Positions 38,337-40,458 of a stretch of 40,458 nt of DNA are shown piece by piece; position 1 is the stretch's first letter, and the number at the start of each line of letters is the position of its first letter. Below the pieces are notes generated by a model, which was given only the letters and a program-made list of their open reading frames with translations, was not told where the DNA came from and did no database searches. Origin of the DNA: Pseudomonadota bacterium (GTDB lineage: Bacteria; Desulfobacterota; Desulfobacteria; Desulfobacterales; JBDRRP01); assembly GCA_043825735.1 (NCBI GenBank), contig JBDRRP010000066.1:1-40458 (forward strand), written 5' to 3'. A program made the position numbers and the translations under genes.

Positions 38337-38924
38337 CTATGGCGGGCCATTGAGCGCCTTCAATTGCATTTGAACCGCCGGTGGGTAGTGCCGGGCCATG
38401 GAGGCCAGAAGATCCATATCCAACTCGGTCATTTCCAGTTCGTCGGCTGCGGGAAGCCCTTTGTGCAAATGCAGCGCATCCAGCAAGGCTTTTTCCGCTG
38501 TGGCTATGTGAAAACTGTCTATAGTTTCGAAACCGAAGAACAGTTTAGGAGAGATCCTGGAAAACTCGATATGGACCCCTTGATATTCCACACCGCGTTT
38601 CCGGCCGACCGCCGTGCTCAAGGTGACCACCGTGCACACCACCGGTGATTGCAGGCTGATGCCGTGGTAGTTCAAGGCCCACTCGCAGCTCACATAGGCC
38701 GGGGGGCGAAGGAATGAGGCGACTTCTTCCGCGCGAGGGAATCCATACAAAAAAGAATTGACGTAATTGCCGCGGTTGATCCGGTGAATCTGGCCCTTTG
38801 CAACGGCCCGTGACAGGAAAATGGCCGCATGCGGTGCGATCTTTTCGACATCCGTCTTTCGGAATAGTTGCGGCAGGCGTTTAAGACGCAGCAATGTTGG
38901 TTTTTCAGGTGACATTGGTTTCAT
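38337..38924 (-). CDS. AbiEi-like type IV antitoxin / transcriptional regulator
   Basis: IHRINRGNY; PAYVSCEWALNYHG; FFGFE; IATAEKALLD. ATGA overlap with the toxin gene. Confidence 0.82.
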   Translation of the reverse strand: MKPMSPEKPTLLRLKRLPQLFRKTDVEKIAPHAAIFLSRAVAKGQIHRINRGNYVNSFLYGFPRAEEVASFLRPPAYVSCEWALNYHGISLQSPVVCTVVTLSTAVGRKRGVEYQGVHIEFSRISPKLFFGFETIDSFHIATAEKALLDALHLHKGLPAADELEMTELDMDLLASMARHYPPAVQMQLKALNGPP

Positions 38925-39784
38925 TTTGTTGCGGAAAAGTCGAAGGCCGCCATTCCCTGCTTGATGAGTTCGGCAGTTACTTTGCGCACAGCATCAACAA
39001 AGGGGGCAAAATTAGCCTCTTGATAAACCGAGAGGATTGCGGCCGGGATAAAGCGCGGCAGGTCGGTGCGCAGCGCCTCCTGAAGCGCATCAGCGGCGAT
39101 GACATCCTGGAAAGACGACAGATCCCGCTCCGGCGTGAACACCGCCTGGTAAAGGCCCATCTTTCTTTCCACGAGGGGTCGCGATACGTGCACACTCATC
39201 TGGGTTGAAAGCCACCAGAGATCATAGACATCCCGTCCCTTGAGGAATTTCCTTTCAAACAATGCCCGGATTTTGTCAGACAGGATTTCTTCGGCCGTTT
39301 CGACCACCAAGATGCTGCTGGTGTAGGGTAAGACGAGCCGGCCAGCGGCAATCAGACCGGGGACATGCGGCAGGTCCCTCAAAATGTGACGCCGGGATTC
39401 CGGGAGCGCCCCACCGGCGAGCCGTTCGAATTCCATCTTCACCGCGATGCGCTCGCGCTGGTTGTTCGGGCGATATACATAGAAGGCCTTAAGCGAAGAT
39501 TCCCGCCCGGTTTTCGGTTTCATTTCCGCCGTACCGGGACCAAATTGGGCAATGCAGGCATTTTTCATCCGACCGGCCAGGGTGGCCAAAAGCGACTGGA
39601 TGTTACGCAGCGGGAGCGGAGTGACAAAATCAAGATCTTCGGAAAAGCGGTTGCCACCGTAAACCCAGCGCAACGCAGTTCCTCCCTGGAAGATGATCCT
39701 CTCGGAGCCGGACAAGGCATAGAGCGTATCCAGCAAAAGCAACTGGAGCAGTTCGGACTGTCTGATACGCGATTCGTTGTACAT
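38921..39784 (-). CDS. AbiEii/AbiGii nucleotidyltransferase toxin
   Basis: FQGGTALRWVYGGNRFSEDLDF; EILSDKIRALFER; GRDVYDL. Confidence 0.9.
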   Translation of the reverse strand: MYNESRIRQSELLQLLLLDTLYALSGSERIIFQGGTALRWVYGGNRFSEDLDFVTPLPLRNIQSLLATLAGRMKNACIAQFGPGTAEMKPKTGRESSLKAFYVYRPNNQRERIAVKMEFERLAGGALPESRRHILRDLPHVPGLIAAGRLVLPYTSSILVVETAEEILSDKIRALFERKFLKGRDVYDLWWLSTQMSVHVSRPLVERKMGLYQAVFTPERDLSSFQDVIAADALQEALRTDLPRFIPAAILSVYQEANFAPFVDAVRKVTAELIKQGMAAFDFSATK

Positions 39785-40016
39785 AAATCACCTGAAAAAT
39801 AAATATGATTACAATAAGAAACATAAAAGTATATTATTGTCAACGAAAAGCGTTTCTGGAAGGGGCGATACGGGTGTTTTACAACCGCGGTTGCCAAAGA
39901 AATACCCAATGGCCGGCAAGGCATCATCGTATTAACTTGGAATTGTTGCGCGAGGTCTGGAACTTGGTCTGTGACGTTGGGAATACGGCGGAAATATGGA
40001 TTGTTTCAAAAATGAA

Positions 40017-40048
40017 CAAGGGGTTGCGGAATTGACCGCAACCCCTTG
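40017..40048 (-). terminator. Hairpin downstream of the tRNA 3' end (terminator-like)
   Basis: Perfect 13-bp IR CAAGGGGTTGCGG-aattga-CCGCAACCCCTTG, followed on the minus strand by ttcattttt. Confidence 0.75.
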
Positions 40049-40059
40049 ATTTTATTTAG

Positions 40060-40103
40060 TGGTGATCCCACCGGGAATCGAACCCGGGTTACCGGCGTGA
40101 GAG
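40060..40103 (-). tRNA. 3' half of tRNA-Glu(CTC) only; att-site duplication, not an intact gene
   Basis: Minus strand CTCTCAC-GCCGG-TAAC-CCGGG-TTCGATT-CCCGG-TGGGATC-A-CCA gives the anticodon loop, 3' anticodon stem, T arm, acceptor strand and CCA. Upstream sequence has no 5' anticodon stem or D arm. Confidence 0.88.
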
Positions 40104-40458
40104 TTCGATTTTCGTGTAATTACAGCGTATTCCACCTATTTTTATCTCTGTAGGAAACCAGTCAAAGCCGTCGAAAGCCGTCAAAAAAGCCGTCTGCGGG
40201 AGGGACCCAAAACAAAATGGGCAAATAGTGTGTCACGCCCTCCCCATTCGGCTGTTTTACAGCAAGTGTAATAATGGCATAGTAGTGTTACACTATTGTA
40301 ATTACAGCGTGTTACAGCCAATTACACTGTAACGCTAACTGTCACAGTCTCAATAGAAAACACAATTTAGAACATCCCAAATACCTGTAAAAACAGGATA
40401 ATTATGGTTTAAAACACTTCTAAAGCCCCGTACCCTTGTCGAAAGTGTCCTGCAAAGC
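40104..40458. mobile_element. End of an integrative element inserted in tRNA-Glu (extends beyond the window)
   Basis: Abuts the tRNA fragment; AT-rich; AAAGCCGTC x3 (40164, 40174, 40186); TGTAATTACAGCGT x2 (40115, 40297). Confidence 0.6.

Noticed and set aside
40060..40135. Intact tRNA-Glu gene
   Set aside because: No 5' anticodon stem, D arm or 5' acceptor strand; only the 3' half is present.

Overview
The window looks like a Desulfobacterota (Desulfosarcina-like) chromosome; this is inferred from gene content and repeat types. The left ~23.6 kb is an accessory region of about 12 co-oriented minus-strand genes, mostly uncharacterised: a membrane protein, an alpha-repeat protein, two lipoproteins, a membrane-anchored Cys/His (CHAP/NlpC-P60-like) hydrolase, a decayed astacin-like peptidase, two translationally coupled giant proteins without signal peptides (1458 and 1722 aa), an amidohydrolase and a secreted Zn-dependent phospholipase C-family protein. 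It is interrupted by IS5 and IS21 remnants and a MITE-like repeat, and is the best candidate for an undescribed envelope-, lipid- or peptidoglycan-acting system. The right part holds a GT2 glycosyltransferase, a hybrid histidine kinase, and a MarR-linked catabolic cassette (PaaI thioesterase, a catechol-dehydroxylase-like molybdopterin enzyme with its Fe-S subunit, and a Liv-type ABC importer). Next come a NUDIX gene apparently truncated at its 3' end, an AbiE toxin-antitoxin pair in reversed order, and a tRNA-Glu(CTC) 3' fragment marking the att site of an integrated element that continues beyond the right edge. All family calls come from motif recognition by eye; no searches were run.
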